49,631 nt of DNA from Candidatus Heimdallarchaeota archaeon (GTDB taxonomy: Archaea > Asgardarchaeota > Heimdallarchaeia > Heimdallarchaeales > Heimdallarchaeaceae), in assembly GCA_019057375.1 (NCBI GenBank), contig DXJF01000019.1, positions 1 through 49,631 of the forward strand, given 5' to 3'. Both the position numbers and the translations under genes were made by a program. Positions 18,882-29,603 of this stretch are shown piece by piece (position 1 is the first letter of the stretch; the number at the start of each line of letters is the position of its first letter). Under the pieces are notes generated by a model. That model was not told the origin of the DNA, searched no databases, and saw nothing but the letters and a program-made list of their open reading frames with translations.

Positions 18882-19084
18882 AATTGATCCCCATCTTCAA
18901 AGAAAAATGACTTTCTTTACTAAGAATGTTATAGTAATGTTAATTTTAATGTTTAATAAATTTTCTTAAAGTATTACTTGAGATAAATGACTTCTTTAAA
19001 TTGGAATTAATATTTCTTCAATGATTTATTCTAAAATTTCCAAATCACTTTACTTACCATTTTCTGAAGTCTAGAGCATGATTT

Positions 19085-19108
19085 GAAAAAGAAAAAAAAA
19101 GAAAGAAG
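19085..19108 (-). terminator. Oligo-U tract, probable archaeal terminator of the MMPL gene
   Basis: GAAAAAGAAAAAAAAAGAAAGAAG on the + strand immediately downstream of the minus-strand stop at 19114. Confidence 0.4.
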
Positions 19109-19113
19109 ATTCT

Positions 19114-21495
19114 CTATTCAATATCATCTAGATCTTTCGTAGGTGGTTTCAGCTTCCTTGGCCACCAATTCCATTTAGAGGCCAGACTCATTATTGCTGG
19201 AACAAGTATAGTTCTTATAATGAAAGTATCAACAAGAACTGCTAGTGCTAGGATAAATCCAAATTCATTTAGAATCATTACGCTGCTAAAAATCATCCCA
19301 CTAAATGCTATTGCCATAATGACTCCAGCCATACTTATGATGCCACCTGTTCTGTACAAACCCTTAATGACAGAAGCTCTTTCAGTATAACCATTGTTTC
19401 GATATTCTGACACTCTAGATAAGAGGAAGATGTCATAGTCCAAACCCAAGCCTATCAAAATTGAAAATGACATTACAGGTGTTGCCCAGTAGAGATGGTT
19501 GATGTCTTGTAAAACAGGAATTATGCCATCAAATATTCCTACATCAAAGATTAATGCCGTTAAACCATATATCCAAGAAAGTGTTAATCCTATTGTTATT
19601 ATCAGACGAAGTGGTATAAAAACCGATTTAAACATTAATGCTATTATAACATAAACTATAATTACAATAATTCCAATCATCAAGGGAAACATTTCGTAAA
19701 CTAAATCTACTGAGTCAACAATTTCAGTGCTTCCTCCAGCTAGATGGAATTTAAACCCAGAAGAATCCTCATAGTCAGTCATAATTTCTCTTGTAGCTTT
19801 TATCCAATCTTCTACATAACTTCCAAATGGATCGAAACTTGGTTGTACATCAATCATAACAGTAGAATTGTTTTCGTTTGTATATCTATTGAAAATCATT
19901 TCTCTATACAAGATTGCATTTTCAGAGTAGTAAGTTGAATCATTTAAATTATTTATGAAAGGATAAGCTACGAAGAAAGGAATAGAGAATCCTTGTCCCC
20001 ACGAAATCGTGATGAAAGATTGTTCTGTGATATCCGTTTGATTAGCTATATCTCTGATTAACGTTTGAGTTAGTGTAAAGAATGCAGGATTAATAATCCC
20101 ATCAGTTTGATTTGTTTCTATAAGAATGTACATGGGAGCAAGAACACCAGGTTGAAATTCATCTTTGAGAATATCGAATGCAATAGTAGATTCAGCTTGT
20201 CTAGGAAGAATATGCACTTCACCTATTGATGTACTCATTTTTAGCATCTGAATTGACATGGGTATGGCTACGATGAGAGTTACTACAATTATTGGGAGAG
20301 AATATTTGGTTGCAAACTTACCTATTTTGAACCAAATACTTTTCATCTGATTCTGAAGTTCTCTTTCTTTTCGTTCCTCTTCTGTTTTAGGCTTTTCTTC
20401 TTGTTTCTTCTTCAGCAATCTAAATTTAGAAAAGAAGTTACCAAACTGTAACAGTAATGCTGGTACTAGTGTAAGATTGATTAATAAAGTAGTCAGTATA
20501 CATACAGCTGCACCTAACCCTATTGTCGCTAAAAGGCCTATTGGAAAGAATACAAGTCCAATGAAGCAAATTGCTAAAGTAATTCCTGAAACACCAATTG
20601 TGTGACCTGCATGCTCTAACATCAATGTAACAGCTGAAAAATTCTCTCTCCCTCTGATTAATTCTTCTTTATAACGTGAGAGTAAGAAAAGAGCATAATC
20701 TATTGATAATGCTATTACAAGTGACATCATCACGCTTGGAACAAAACTAAACACAGGCATAGCTTTTGCAATAGGATACATTAAGAAGAATGATGTTCCA
20801 ATTGAAAATGCAACACTTACAATAGGGATAATCATTAATTTGAAACTTCTCAATACTAATGCTAATACAATAAGAGCTATAGGGAGTACAATAGAATCCA
20901 TCACTATAATGTCTTTTTCTGAAGCTTCTTTCATGTCTTCAAATAGAATATGTGATCCAGTAAGTAAAATAGTATAACCATCAGGTTCTAGTGCATCTAT
21001 GGTCAAATCCAAAAAATCAATAAATGCATTCAATTCTTCATCAGAAACTGAGTTGACATTGATTTCAATTATCATAGTATTATTTGAATCACTAACATAC
21101 CCCAGAGCTGCATCTCCCAAACCTCCGCCAACTAAGAAATAATAACCATTAAGACTTACTATCAAATCTGAGAATTCTGAAAGTTTAAGCGAAGAGTTAA
21201 AACTAGAGCTGAAATCTTCAATATCTGTATTAAGAACTGAACCATTTGGATTCTGAATTACTAAAACAATAGTTGTTTCTGTATCTATATCAGGAAATTC
21301 TTCCTTTAGAATAGTATTTGCTATGAAGGAAGGAGTATCTTCTGGGACATTAAAATCAGAACTAGTCTCAGAGATGAATTTTGGAGCTAGCCAAACACTG
21401 AAGCCAATAATTATAACCCAAGCAATAATAATAAACAACTTGTATTTCTTAAGAAAATCGGAATATTTTTCAACGAATTTCATTTTGACTCTCAT
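19114..21495 (-). CDS. MMPL/RND-family membrane transporter
   Basis: Two-repeat architecture (TM, loop, TM bundle), with SIDYALFLLSRYKEE and GLGLDYDIFLLSRVSE motifs. Confidence 0.9.
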   Translation of the reverse strand: MRVKMKFVEKYSDFLKKYKLFIIIAWVIIIGFSVWLAPKFISETSSDFNVPEDTPSFIANTILKEEFPDIDTETTIVLVIQNPNGSVLNTDIEDFSSSFNSSLKLSEFSDLIVSLNGYYFLVGGGLGDAALGYVSDSNNTMIIEINVNSVSDEELNAFIDFLDLTIDALEPDGYTILLTGSHILFEDMKEASEKDIIVMDSIVLPIALIVLALVLRSFKLMIIPIVSVAFSIGTSFFLMYPIAKAMPVFSFVPSVMMSLVIALSIDYALFLLSRYKEELIRGRENFSAVTLMLEHAGHTIGVSGITLAICFIGLVFFPIGLLATIGLGAAVCILTTLLINLTLVPALLLQFGNFFSKFRLLKKKQEEKPKTEEERKERELQNQMKSIWFKIGKFATKYSLPIIVVTLIVAIPMSIQMLKMSTSIGEVHILPRQAESTIAFDILKDEFQPGVLAPMYILIETNQTDGIINPAFFTLTQTLIRDIANQTDITEQSFITISWGQGFSIPFFVAYPFINNLNDSTYYSENAILYREMIFNRYTNENNSTVMIDVQPSFDPFGSYVEDWIKATREIMTDYEDSSGFKFHLAGGSTEIVDSVDLVYEMFPLMIGIIVIIVYVIIALMFKSVFIPLRLIITIGLTLSWIYGLTALIFDVGIFDGIIPVLQDINHLYWATPVMSFSILIGLGLDYDIFLLSRVSEYRNNGYTERASVIKGLYRTGGIISMAGVIMAIAFSGMIFSSVMILNEFGFILALAVLVDTFIIRTILVPAIMSLASKWNWWPRKLKPPTKDLDDIE

Positions 21496-21740
21496 TCAAA
21501 TTATGCTATTTCTTGATGAAATGCCGTTTTAAGACTTATTATGCTTGTAAAGGAAATTGAATGTTTCATAAATAAACTTATAAAATGAAGAACTTCAAAA
21601 CGATTTTTTAAGAAGATTTTTCTAGTTAATCTTATTTTTCTTAAAACTATCACAACCAAGTAAAATGCTTTATAAGAATTTCAAATTTCTATTAGTTATC
21701 CCAATTAATTAGCTTTATATTGTGATAAAACTGAAAGGTT

Positions 21741-23381
21741 TTGAAGATGGCCCCAAAAGAGAAAACGCCAATAAAACGGTACTCAAATTATGTGATTTTT
21801 GGTTCAGTCATGTTTATATTTATGGGTTTTGTAAACCTTGCAGATCAGTTAGTATGGTTTCTAACAGCTCGTAATCCATTCATTGGATATACTTTTATCA
21901 GCTTAACTTGCTTAAGTTTACTTCCTATTGCATGGGGATTAAGAGAGATAACAGATATTTACTTCGTTGATCATATAACAAAAGCGGGACAACAAACAGC
22001 TACATGGATTTTTTTCTATGCAGGTTCGATTTTATTTGATATGCTAACATTTGGTTTTCCACTAACTGCAGGTTTTGTAGGATTAGCTCTTATATTTGGT
22101 AGAGTTATTGCTTATCTGAAAATCAACAAGCTTTTTGAGAAAATTAACCGTATATTTGGTCTAAAAATCGGTAGTTTTTTCTATGTTCTATTTGCATACT
22201 TTGCAATTATAATTTCAGTTCTTGGTGCATTATCTAGCTATGCAAGTGATGTTACTTTTGAGACTTTTTTGAGATTTTTTGATGGTTCTATTGAATCTTT
22301 TCTAATGGTAATTGTAGGAGTAAGATTGATAATAGATATTACAAGAATCAAGAAATTTGTAGAAACTTCTAACATACAACCATATTCTGCAAAGAAAGCA
22401 TTCCTAACAAGAGACAGAACAGAAACACCTGTTCTACAAACAACTAAAGCACATTTTCAATCTACTTCTCAAATAGAGCGGTTACAGGAAAAATCTCAAG
22501 CTAGAACAGCAAGAATAGAAAAGATGAAACCTAAAGTTAAACCTGTTCAAGTTGCTCAAACTTCTAAACCGGACAAACCTAAAAAGGAAACAAAAACTGT
22601 TTTTATAACTTGTCCTTATTGTCAAGAAAGGACTGACAAATATATTGACCACTGTGTGAATTGTGGAGAGAAACTACCTAAACTCTCAAAAAGAAAAAAT
22701 GGTTCTCAAAAGGAAACTACATCTCTTTCTACTAAACGAATTTTATCTCCAAAAAAAGAGAAAATACTTCAACAAGTAACCATAGCTATATTCTTAATTG
22801 CTTTCGTTACTTATGCATTTATTTGGGGTGGTTTATCACTTATTATCTACGCGTGGATTGTTATTGCTCTCTTTGCAACTTACTTAATAGTAAATTATCT
22901 TATTTTATTTCTAGCAGGTAGAGGATTTGCGATATCTACACTTCTAAGTGATATAGCTTTCATATTAGTTATTATACCAATTTTGTCTGCTATCTTGTCA
23001 TACTTTGTAGTAAAAGCTATCGAACAAGTTATAAAAAATAATATCCCATTTCAGGTAATCCAGATAATCCTCTGGGTATTAAGTATCTCTATTTCTCTAT
23101 TAGCAATTATACTAGTTTTCAGATTTAAGGTCAAAGCTACTGATATGAATATTCAAGAGTACATCAAATACAGACTTGATTTTAAAACAAGAGCTGAGGA
23201 ACTGAAGAAAGAGAAACAGCGAGTAGAGAAAAAAAGAGCAGACTTCGACAGTCTTGACAGAATAGAAGCACATATGGCTAAACAAAGACAGGATAAAGTT
23301 ATGGATTACGAGGATTTTGACTTCAAACAGAGATTGAAAGATTTAGGAAGTCCATTAACAAATGATGATGAAGAAGAGTAG
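21741..23381 (+). CDS. Polytopic membrane protein with a central zinc ribbon
   Basis: Two TM bundles separated by a polar linker containing CPYC-x10-CVNC, and a charged C-terminal tail. The start is probably ATG 21747. Confidence 0.7.
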   Translation: MKMAPKEKTPIKRYSNYVIFGSVMFIFMGFVNLADQLVWFLTARNPFIGYTFISLTCLSLLPIAWGLREITDIYFVDHITKAGQQTATWIFFYAGSILFDMLTFGFPLTAGFVGLALIFGRVIAYLKINKLFEKINRIFGLKIGSFFYVLFAYFAIIISVLGALSSYASDVTFETFLRFFDGSIESFLMVIVGVRLIIDITRIKKFVETSNIQPYSAKKAFLTRDRTETPVLQTTKAHFQSTSQIERLQEKSQARTARIEKMKPKVKPVQVAQTSKPDKPKKETKTVFITCPYCQERTDKYIDHCVNCGEKLPKLSKRKNGSQKETTSLSTKRILSPKKEKILQQVTIAIFLIAFVTYAFIWGGLSLIIYAWIVIALFATYLIVNYLILFLAGRGFAISTLLSDIAFILVIIPILSAILSYFVVKAIEQVIKNNIPFQVIQIILWVLSISISLLAIILVFRFKVKATDMNIQEYIKYRLDFKTRAEELKKEKQRVEKKRADFDSLDRIEAHMAKQRQDKVMDYEDFDFKQRLKDLGSPLTNDDEEE

Positions 23382-23470
23382 GAAATATCTAGATTGTCTT
23401 CACATTCAGTTTTGATAATTTAAACTCAAAAAATCCTAAGCTAACCCATGACAAAAGAGTTTTATTATAC

Positions 23471-24142
23471 ATGGGTATTTTTACCTCAATCAAAATGAAT
23501 ATTCGAGCTCCAAAATCAAATGAAACTTTCGCAGCATATTCACATGCGACTGCACTAATTTTTGCTTTTATAGGTTCTGTTTACCTGATAATCCTTGCAA
23601 GAGAAAATATTGGTTTGTTAATTACCACAATTGTCTACTCTTTATGTTTATGTTTTATGTTTGGAGCTAGTGCAATTTATCATACTGTGAAAAGAGAAGA
23701 TTTCGAGGAATCAGTTTGGAGAAAGGTGGATCATATAGCCATTTATTTTATGATTGCAGGGTCTTATACGGCTATATCGTATATATACACTGATGGTAAT
23801 TTTAGGTGGACAATTATAGGACTTCAATGGGGATTTGTTGTTGTTGGAACTATACTCAAAATACTTTACATTAGAGTTCCTATTTGGATAGATGTTGGAA
23901 TATATTTAGTAATGGGGTGGATGATTGTAATTAGGTTGGATTATATGTTTAAAGCCTTTCCACTAAGAATCTTTCTACTTGTTCTGTTTGGAGGTATAGC
24001 ATATACCGTAGGAGCAATTTTTCATGCATTAAACAAACAGAAACCATTCCCTGGAGTGTTTGTATTCCATGATATCTTTCATGTACTGATTATAGTTGGA
24101 GCTTCAGTTCATTATAGTACGATTCTTGAAGCAGTTCTTTAG
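23471..24142 (+). CDS. Hemolysin III / PAQR family membrane protein
   Basis: AYSH, SAIYH, RKVDHIAIYFMIAGSYT, YLVMGW, GGIAYTVG and HDIFH...H motifs. Confidence 0.9.
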   Translation: MGIFTSIKMNIRAPKSNETFAAYSHATALIFAFIGSVYLIILARENIGLLITTIVYSLCLCFMFGASAIYHTVKREDFEESVWRKVDHIAIYFMIAGSYTAISYIYTDGNFRWTIIGLQWGFVVVGTILKILYIRVPIWIDVGIYLVMGWMIVIRLDYMFKAFPLRIFLLVLFGGIAYTVGAIFHALNKQKPFPGVFVFHDIFHVLIIVGASVHYSTILEAVL

Positions 24143-24207
24143 AAATAGTATAACAAAAGACATAATGATTCAGCTTACTTTATATTATTGAAGAACTAGG
24201 GATATTT

Positions 24208-25137
24208 GTGAGCTTAAAGTCTAATATTCGGCAAAAAATTGAATATCAATGTAACAACTGTGGGAAACAAAGGATTCTCTTTATAGCTCCTGCTCTTCAG
24301 AGTGAGAAAGTTGAATCTCATGGTTATAGTGAATATGCTGATGTGCATATTTGTAAAGATAACGAATTACAGGCGATAAAGCTCTTTGTTGACACCAATT
24401 ATGATGTAAGAACACAAGTGACAGTGGAGAGTAAACCAAAAACTGAAATCCCCGGAATTACAGAAATGTCTGGTTTAAGCATCCCTGTTCCTAAGAAAAC
24501 TGAATTCCTTATTGAAATAATAGAACCAACTAAAGATTTTGGTGGATATAATATTTTTTGTTTAGAGATTAAAGATAAATTAAGACAACGAAATTATTTT
24601 CTTAAAACAGAAAAAGAAGGAAAGATAGTAAGTTGTATATCTCCATTAGGGTTCATTGAAATCAAAGCAAAAGTATCTGAAGATACGACTGAGGAATTTA
24701 CACAGGAATGGTTGATTAGTCTAGCAAACACATTAGAATCTCTTGTATTTTTAGATGAGGAACTCTTAAGCTATCTAGGCATTTATCTGGATTATATGAT
24801 TACTTCTAGACCTAAGGAAAAGGAACTCCTAGAATTAAACTTGCTTCTTCACTCTACAAAAGCAATCCCTCACTCAACAGATGAACACATTTCAATATTT
24901 GAAGAGCACGTGAATGAACTTTTTCCAGATTTGAATATCATCAGTTATCGTATGTACAAAACAATTATGAAAGCCTGTTTTAAGAATGAACAACAAACTC
25001 TGATGGATGTTTTTAAAAAAATAAAAGAGAAAATTTCTCAGATTCAAGGTTTTCCATATTTCATATCTGTTGTTAGTATTTTGGTATCTTTTGGATTTAT
25101 AAATTTAGAAAAATTAGAGTTTTACACAGTAGGATAG
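24208..25137 (+). CDS. Hypothetical protein with an N-terminal putative Zn site
   Basis: Long ORF with CNNC...HIC near the N-terminus. No family recognised. Confidence 0.65.
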   Translation: MSLKSNIRQKIEYQCNNCGKQRILFIAPALQSEKVESHGYSEYADVHICKDNELQAIKLFVDTNYDVRTQVTVESKPKTEIPGITEMSGLSIPVPKKTEFLIEIIEPTKDFGGYNIFCLEIKDKLRQRNYFLKTEKEGKIVSCISPLGFIEIKAKVSEDTTEEFTQEWLISLANTLESLVFLDEELLSYLGIYLDYMITSRPKEKELLELNLLLHSTKAIPHSTDEHISIFEEHVNELFPDLNIISYRMYKTIMKACFKNEQQTLMDVFKKIKEKISQIQGFPYFISVVSILVSFGFINLEKLEFYTVG

Positions 25138-25144
25138 TGATCAA

Positions 25145-26443
25145 GTGGAATTTAATAAAGAAAAATTTGAAGGTAAAAAAGCTTTCAGTATTTTAAAATT
25201 TTTAAGCGATGAAATAGGTCCAAGGGTTACAGGCTCCTCTCATGAAGATAAAGCTGCTAAATATATTTTAAGCAAATTTGATGAATATACTAAGAATAGA
25301 TCATTAATTAATACTTATCCTCACAAATTCTATTCAGGTAAAGAAGCTTCAGTAACTAAGTTACCTGATGGGACTCCTGTTCAAGGAAAACCTATGTGGA
25401 TGACAAAATCTACACCTGGTGAGGGTATAGAAGGAAATGGTTTTTATTTAGGATCTATTAATCAAATAGATGAGATTCCTTTAGTTGCTGTTCAAGATAA
25501 GATTGTTTTCATTTTTTTCTCTAGAGATTTTCTGGAACCAGAGATTTTTACAAATTTGAAAAAACTCTATAGATTAAAACCTGGTGGAGTTGTTATGCTT
25601 AGTAATTATAATTCAGAAGTAACAAGATCAGATCCATTCATCGAAGATCAATCTATATTTGCACAAATTCCGACAATGATAGTACCTGCTAAATTTTTCA
25701 GCAAACATAAAGATCACAATTTTTCAGGAAAATACATACTAAAAATCAAAGGAATGACAGAAAACGGAAAGCTAAACAACGTTATTCTTAAACATGAAGG
25801 AAATAGAAAAGAAACAATAATAGTATGTGCGCATCATGATACAGTTGAATATTCCCCTGGAGCAAGAGATAACGCTTCAGGTATTGGAATACTTCTAGAA
25901 TTAGCACAGATAATAACTAGTGACAAAACCAACTATAGTTATATCTTTCTAACCGTGGGTGGTGAAGAACAAGGTTTAGATGGTGCGTGGAGGTTCATTG
26001 AAAACCATAATTTATCTGATGTCATACTATGCTTAAATATTGATGGTGTTGAATCACTTCCAGGTTTTGTTGCCTCTATTGTTGCAGGAGATGAAGATCT
26101 CTTTAAAATAGTGAAAGAAACAAGTCAAATAAATGAATATCCAGCTTTAGCTATTAACAGTACACCTAATGGTGGGGATAATATGGCGTTTGCTCATGAA
26201 GGTATTCCTTCAATTATGCATATGATCAAGGGTTCCACAAATGCAGGAATCAATCATACAGCTTTAGACACTTCTGAAGGTTTAGATGAAGAACCTCTTA
26301 GAATATTGGGACAGTATTTGGTTAAACTAATCAATAGACTCGAGCTAATGGCAGAGGTTGAGTTTTCCGTAAGTATCCCTCTTAAGCTAGAGGAACAAAC
26401 GGTAAATTATTTTAAAAGATTAGAATTGTATAATGAGCATTAA
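25145..26443 (+). CDS. M28-family peptidase with a PA-like insert
   Basis: IGPRVTGS, AHHDT, GARDNASG, GEEQG, NIDG and NHTALD metal-ligand motifs. Confidence 0.87.
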   Translation: MEFNKEKFEGKKAFSILKFLSDEIGPRVTGSSHEDKAAKYILSKFDEYTKNRSLINTYPHKFYSGKEASVTKLPDGTPVQGKPMWMTKSTPGEGIEGNGFYLGSINQIDEIPLVAVQDKIVFIFFSRDFLEPEIFTNLKKLYRLKPGGVVMLSNYNSEVTRSDPFIEDQSIFAQIPTMIVPAKFFSKHKDHNFSGKYILKIKGMTENGKLNNVILKHEGNRKETIIVCAHHDTVEYSPGARDNASGIGILLELAQIITSDKTNYSYIFLTVGGEEQGLDGAWRFIENHNLSDVILCLNIDGVESLPGFVASIVAGDEDLFKIVKETSQINEYPALAINSTPNGGDNMAFAHEGIPSIMHMIKGSTNAGINHTALDTSEGLDEEPLRILGQYLVKLINRLELMAEVEFSVSIPLKLEEQTVNYFKRLELYNEH

Positions 26444-26512
26444 TGTTTTATTCACAGCTTTTTCTAAACAAAGTGCTACAAATCTTTATATTTCATTATT
26501 TTTATTCAATAT

Positions 26513-26540
26513 CAGACAATCTTCATCAAGTAATTGTCTG
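26513..26540. promoter_or_regulatory. Inverted repeat CAGACAAT-N12-ATTGTCTG just upstream of the 26554 gene
   Basis: Perfect 8-bp arms at 26513-26520 and 26533-26540, immediately before the GAGAGTGAG SD-like site. Confidence 0.35.
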
Positions 26541-26553
26541 AGAGTGAGATCAT

Positions 26554-26865
26554 TTGAATGAAAATGAAAAATCTTCTCAAAGTGCATGGAGAGCTTTGCA
26601 AGAAATCTCCAGAAAAGAGAGGGATAAAGCTAAGAAAATCTACGATAAAATAAAATCATTAATTGACAAGTTTGGATATTCCATCCCGACTCAAACAGTA
26701 CTAGAGGAGCTTGGCTTCAATACTATAGATGAGATGATCCATTGGGAGTTGGAATGGTTACCTAGAAAAGAGCTTAATGTTAAGTTTGTATATAAAGATG
26801 ATATAATAAACATAGAAAAAGATGCATTTGATGATGAAGAATTAGGCATCTATGAGATTCTCTAA
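26554..26865 (+). CDS. Small hypothetical protein (possible winged-helix/PCI-like)
   Basis: 103-aa ORF with an SD-like site and a TTG start. It overlaps the convergent aminotransferase by 24 nt. Confidence 0.55.
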   Translation: MNENEKSSQSAWRALQEISRKERDKAKKIYDKIKSLIDKFGYSIPTQTVLEELGFNTIDEMIHWELEWLPRKELNVKFVYKDDIINIEKDAFDDEELGIYEIL

Positions 26866-27960
26866 CATCTCTTCAAATCTTTCTAACCCTTTAAGAAGAT
26901 ACTCTTTTTCTGATCCTATGCCGATTCTAAGATATCTATCCATACCAAAACAATCTCCAGCTACAATTAGAAGACTCTTTTCTTTTCGTAACCTCTCAGT
27001 TAGTTCACTAGAATTAATGTCTAGATTATATCGAATAAAGGACATAGCTCCAGCTTTTTGAGGAATGAAACTAAATAGATGTTTTCTGGTTTCAAGCCAT
27101 TCCAAGAAAAATTCAAGGTTATCATTTAACATTTTTCTATTCCTAGATAAAATCATTTCCCTTTTCTCTGGTTGAAGTGCCCACTCAGCAATCTGTTGAC
27201 TTAAAACACTAGGAGAGATAGTAGTATAATCGTGATAAGCCCAAGCTTTTGCAGCAATATCTTCTGGAGCAACAATCCACCCCATCCTCAAACCTGGTAA
27301 ACTATAAGCTTTAGAAAGTCCAGCAACAGCTAGAACTTTATCATATTTACCAAAGAACGTATCAATTTCTTTTCCATCAAGCTCAGCTCCTCTGTAAACT
27401 TCATCACTATGAATAAAGGCATTAGCTTCTTCAGCAAGGTCTATTATGCATTTTGCAGCTTTTTCGCTCAAGATTGAACCTGTGGGATTATTAGGATTAC
27501 AAACAGAAATCATTTTGGTATTCTTATTAACTATGTTTTTCAATTCCTCAAGATCAGGTTGCCAGTTGAGTTCTTCTTTCAAGTAAAATGGTTTGACATT
27601 TGCACCAAAGGACTTAGCTAATCCCCAAGTTTGCATATAATTAGGGAGCATAAGGACATATTCATCACTCTTTTCTAAAATACTCCAAATAGAGATAAAG
27701 TTAGCTTCTGCAGAACCATTTGTAACAAGTACATTTTCTCTAGTAGAAGTTGGGTAGAGCCTACTTACTGCATCTCTCAGACTTATTGATCCGTTAGTTT
27801 GACCATACCCAATACGGAGATTATTTAATTCGTTAAGTTGATCAGAATCCAAAAGCTCTGCGAGAGTAAAGGGATGAATTCCACTCTCAGTAAGATTAAA
27901 TTCTACAAGATTTTCCCAAAGGGATTGTCTTCTTTCAAGTTCAAAAGTTTCAACATTCAT
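26842..27960 (-). CDS. Class I/II PLP-dependent aminotransferase
   Basis: VTNGSAEA, CNPNNPTG, SDEVY and LSKAYSLPGLRMGW (Schiff-base Lys intact). The likely start is ATG 27960 (MNVETFELER) rather than 28002. Confidence 0.9.
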   Translation of the reverse strand: MNVETFELERRQSLWENLVEFNLTESGIHPFTLAELLDSDQLNELNNLRIGYGQTNGSISLRDAVSRLYPTSTRENVLVTNGSAEANFISIWSILEKSDEYVLMLPNYMQTWGLAKSFGANVKPFYLKEELNWQPDLEELKNIVNKNTKMISVCNPNNPTGSILSEKAAKCIIDLAEEANAFIHSDEVYRGAELDGKEIDTFFGKYDKVLAVAGLSKAYSLPGLRMGWIVAPEDIAAKAWAYHDYTTISPSVLSQQIAEWALQPEKREMILSRNRKMLNDNLEFFLEWLETRKHLFSFIPQKAGAMSFIRYNLDINSSELTERLRKEKSLLIVAGDCFGMDRYLRIGIGSEKEYLLKGLERFEEMLENLIDA

Positions 27961-28130
27961 AAACAAGATAACGTAAGGATACTCATTATATAAATTTTCC
28001 AAATAGAATGAAATTCAATGAATAAAAGAAAAGGTTACAAAAAGTTACAAAACTGTTTCTAAATATAATTCTGCTATATTTAATGTATTTTGAAGACTAT
28101 GATAAAATTACTACAAATGGAAGTGAAAAA

Positions 28131-28220
28131 ATGAACATGAAAAAGAAAGAGATATTCTTCTTGGCAAGCATGATAATTGTAACAATGATTTATGTGATTA
28201 GAAAGAAGGTTCCTTTCTAA
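28131..28220 (+). CDS. 29-aa single-TM peptide missed by the ORF track
   Basis: MNMKKKEIFFLASMIIVTMIYVIRKKVPF*, preceded by a GGAAGTGA SD-like site. Confidence 0.45.
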   Translation: MNMKKKEIFFLASMIIVTMIYVIRKKVPF

Positions 28221-28233
28221 TCAACCTTCCTTT

Positions 28234-28914
28234 TTATTCTTCTAAGTATGGCTGTGCGTCAACTTTTTCTCCTTTCTCTTCTGCCATCTTCTTCCAAGAT
28301 TTAGAGTTCATCGATGTCATTAGATTGGCTAGTGGCCATTTGTAGAAAATTTTTGGAACTAGAATTATTTCCACATTAGGATATTGAGTTTCAGATACCA
28401 AGGAATGTACTATGTCATTCAGTGCTTCTATAGCATTTTTAGCAAATGCACCTATTTCATCAAGTTGTTTTCCAAATCTTCCTTGGATACCCTCTCCCCC
28501 TCCAATAGCTAGACTTCCTCCCCATTTGAAACCTACAGTTGTCGCAAATCGATTGTAAATAGGAATTACACCTTCTGAAATTTGTTCAGGTTCAGGTAAA
28601 CCGCAATTGATGATTGGTATAAAAGTTTTATTTGATAGATTCATCTTCTCTTCAGCTATGATCTCCATTGTTTTTATAACAATAGATGGCTGACAATCAT
28701 CATAAAATGGAGCAAATAATACTACAAAGTCTGCGGATTTAATTTTTTCAATCATTTCTTTAATTCTTTCTTCCTTGTTGAGTTGTGTAAGAATTAAAAC
28801 TATTTCAGCATCTATTCCTTCTGATTCAAATAATTTTTTCAAATAGTTTGATAGACTTGCTGATGAACTTTTCTTACCTCTTGGGCTACCATTCAGAATT
28901 AATGCATTACTCAT
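28234..28914 (-). CDS. Flavodoxin-like NAD(P)H-dependent oxidoreductase
   Basis: ILNGSPRGKKSSS FMN-binding loop and FAPFYDD motif. Confidence 0.8.
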   Translation of the reverse strand: MSNALILNGSPRGKKSSSASLSNYLKKLFESEGIDAEIVLILTQLNKEERIKEMIEKIKSADFVVLFAPFYDDCQPSIVIKTMEIIAEEKMNLSNKTFIPIINCGLPEPEQISEGVIPIYNRFATTVGFKWGGSLAIGGGEGIQGRFGKQLDEIGAFAKNAIEALNDIVHSLVSETQYPNVEIILVPKIFYKWPLANLMTSMNSKSWKKMAEEKGEKVDAQPYLEE

Positions 28915-29501
28915 GAGCTCATCTCCATTTTAGCTAAAATCTGTTTAATGTTTGATCTGAACTGATTCTCTTCTTCATTTACTAGAAAAACTTCTGCTTC
29001 ATGTTTTGGAGGATGAAAATTGAGACTATGTCTTTTTATGAGATTCTTAAATAATTTAGCTTCTTTTTCATCTCTTTTTTCTGTTGTAGCTATTGCTAAA
29101 ATTGAAGGATACTTTTCATAACGTTTGAGATGATGTGATTCTCCATTCTTTCTGAACACGCCAGGTTGAAGTGTTCCGAGCAATCGTTCTATAATCTTTT
29201 TCAATTCTGAAGAATATCCACCAAAAGTCAATGGAGTTAGAAATACAAGTAGATCACAGTTTATAACCTTCTTCTTAATCTCCTCACCGCTATCTCCTTT
29301 AACTCCAGAACATATTCCTGGAGTTGTATCCCAGCATTTGAAACAACCTATGCATGTTTTAATCTCAATTTGATTCATGATTAGAGATTCGGTATCAATT
29401 CCGATATTTGTCAATTCTTCTTCTATTATCTTTTGAAAAGTCATTTGTTGATTCTTGTTAGCTAAAGCACCATTGAAAATTACTGCTTTCAGAATTATCA
29501 C
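28911..29501 (-). CDS. Flavodoxin family (iron-sulfur flavoprotein-like) protein
   Basis: IKTCIGCFKCW...C and LTPLTFGGYSSELKKIIER motifs. Translationally coupled to the next gene. Confidence 0.8.
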   Translation of the reverse strand: MIILKAVIFNGALANKNQQMTFQKIIEEELTNIGIDTESLIMNQIEIKTCIGCFKCWDTTPGICSGVKGDSGEEIKKKVINCDLLVFLTPLTFGGYSSELKKIIERLLGTLQPGVFRKNGESHHLKRYEKYPSILAIATTEKRDEKEAKLFKNLIKRHSLNFHPPKHEAEVFLVNEEENQFRSNIKQILAKMEMSS

Positions 29502-29603
29502 CTTTGATGAGAATAATCTCTCCTAAATATAAAGATAATCCGTAAAATGTAAGAAATAATTCTAAAATGCAAAAAAGTAAATAAGTATAAACTGTCAAGA
29601 CAA

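Noticed and set aside
28034-28052. GTTACAAAA direct repeat upstream of the aminotransferase, with similar 10-11-bp doublets near 8738 and 14007
   Set aside because: Short AT-rich doublets with no shared consensus, so there is insufficient support.
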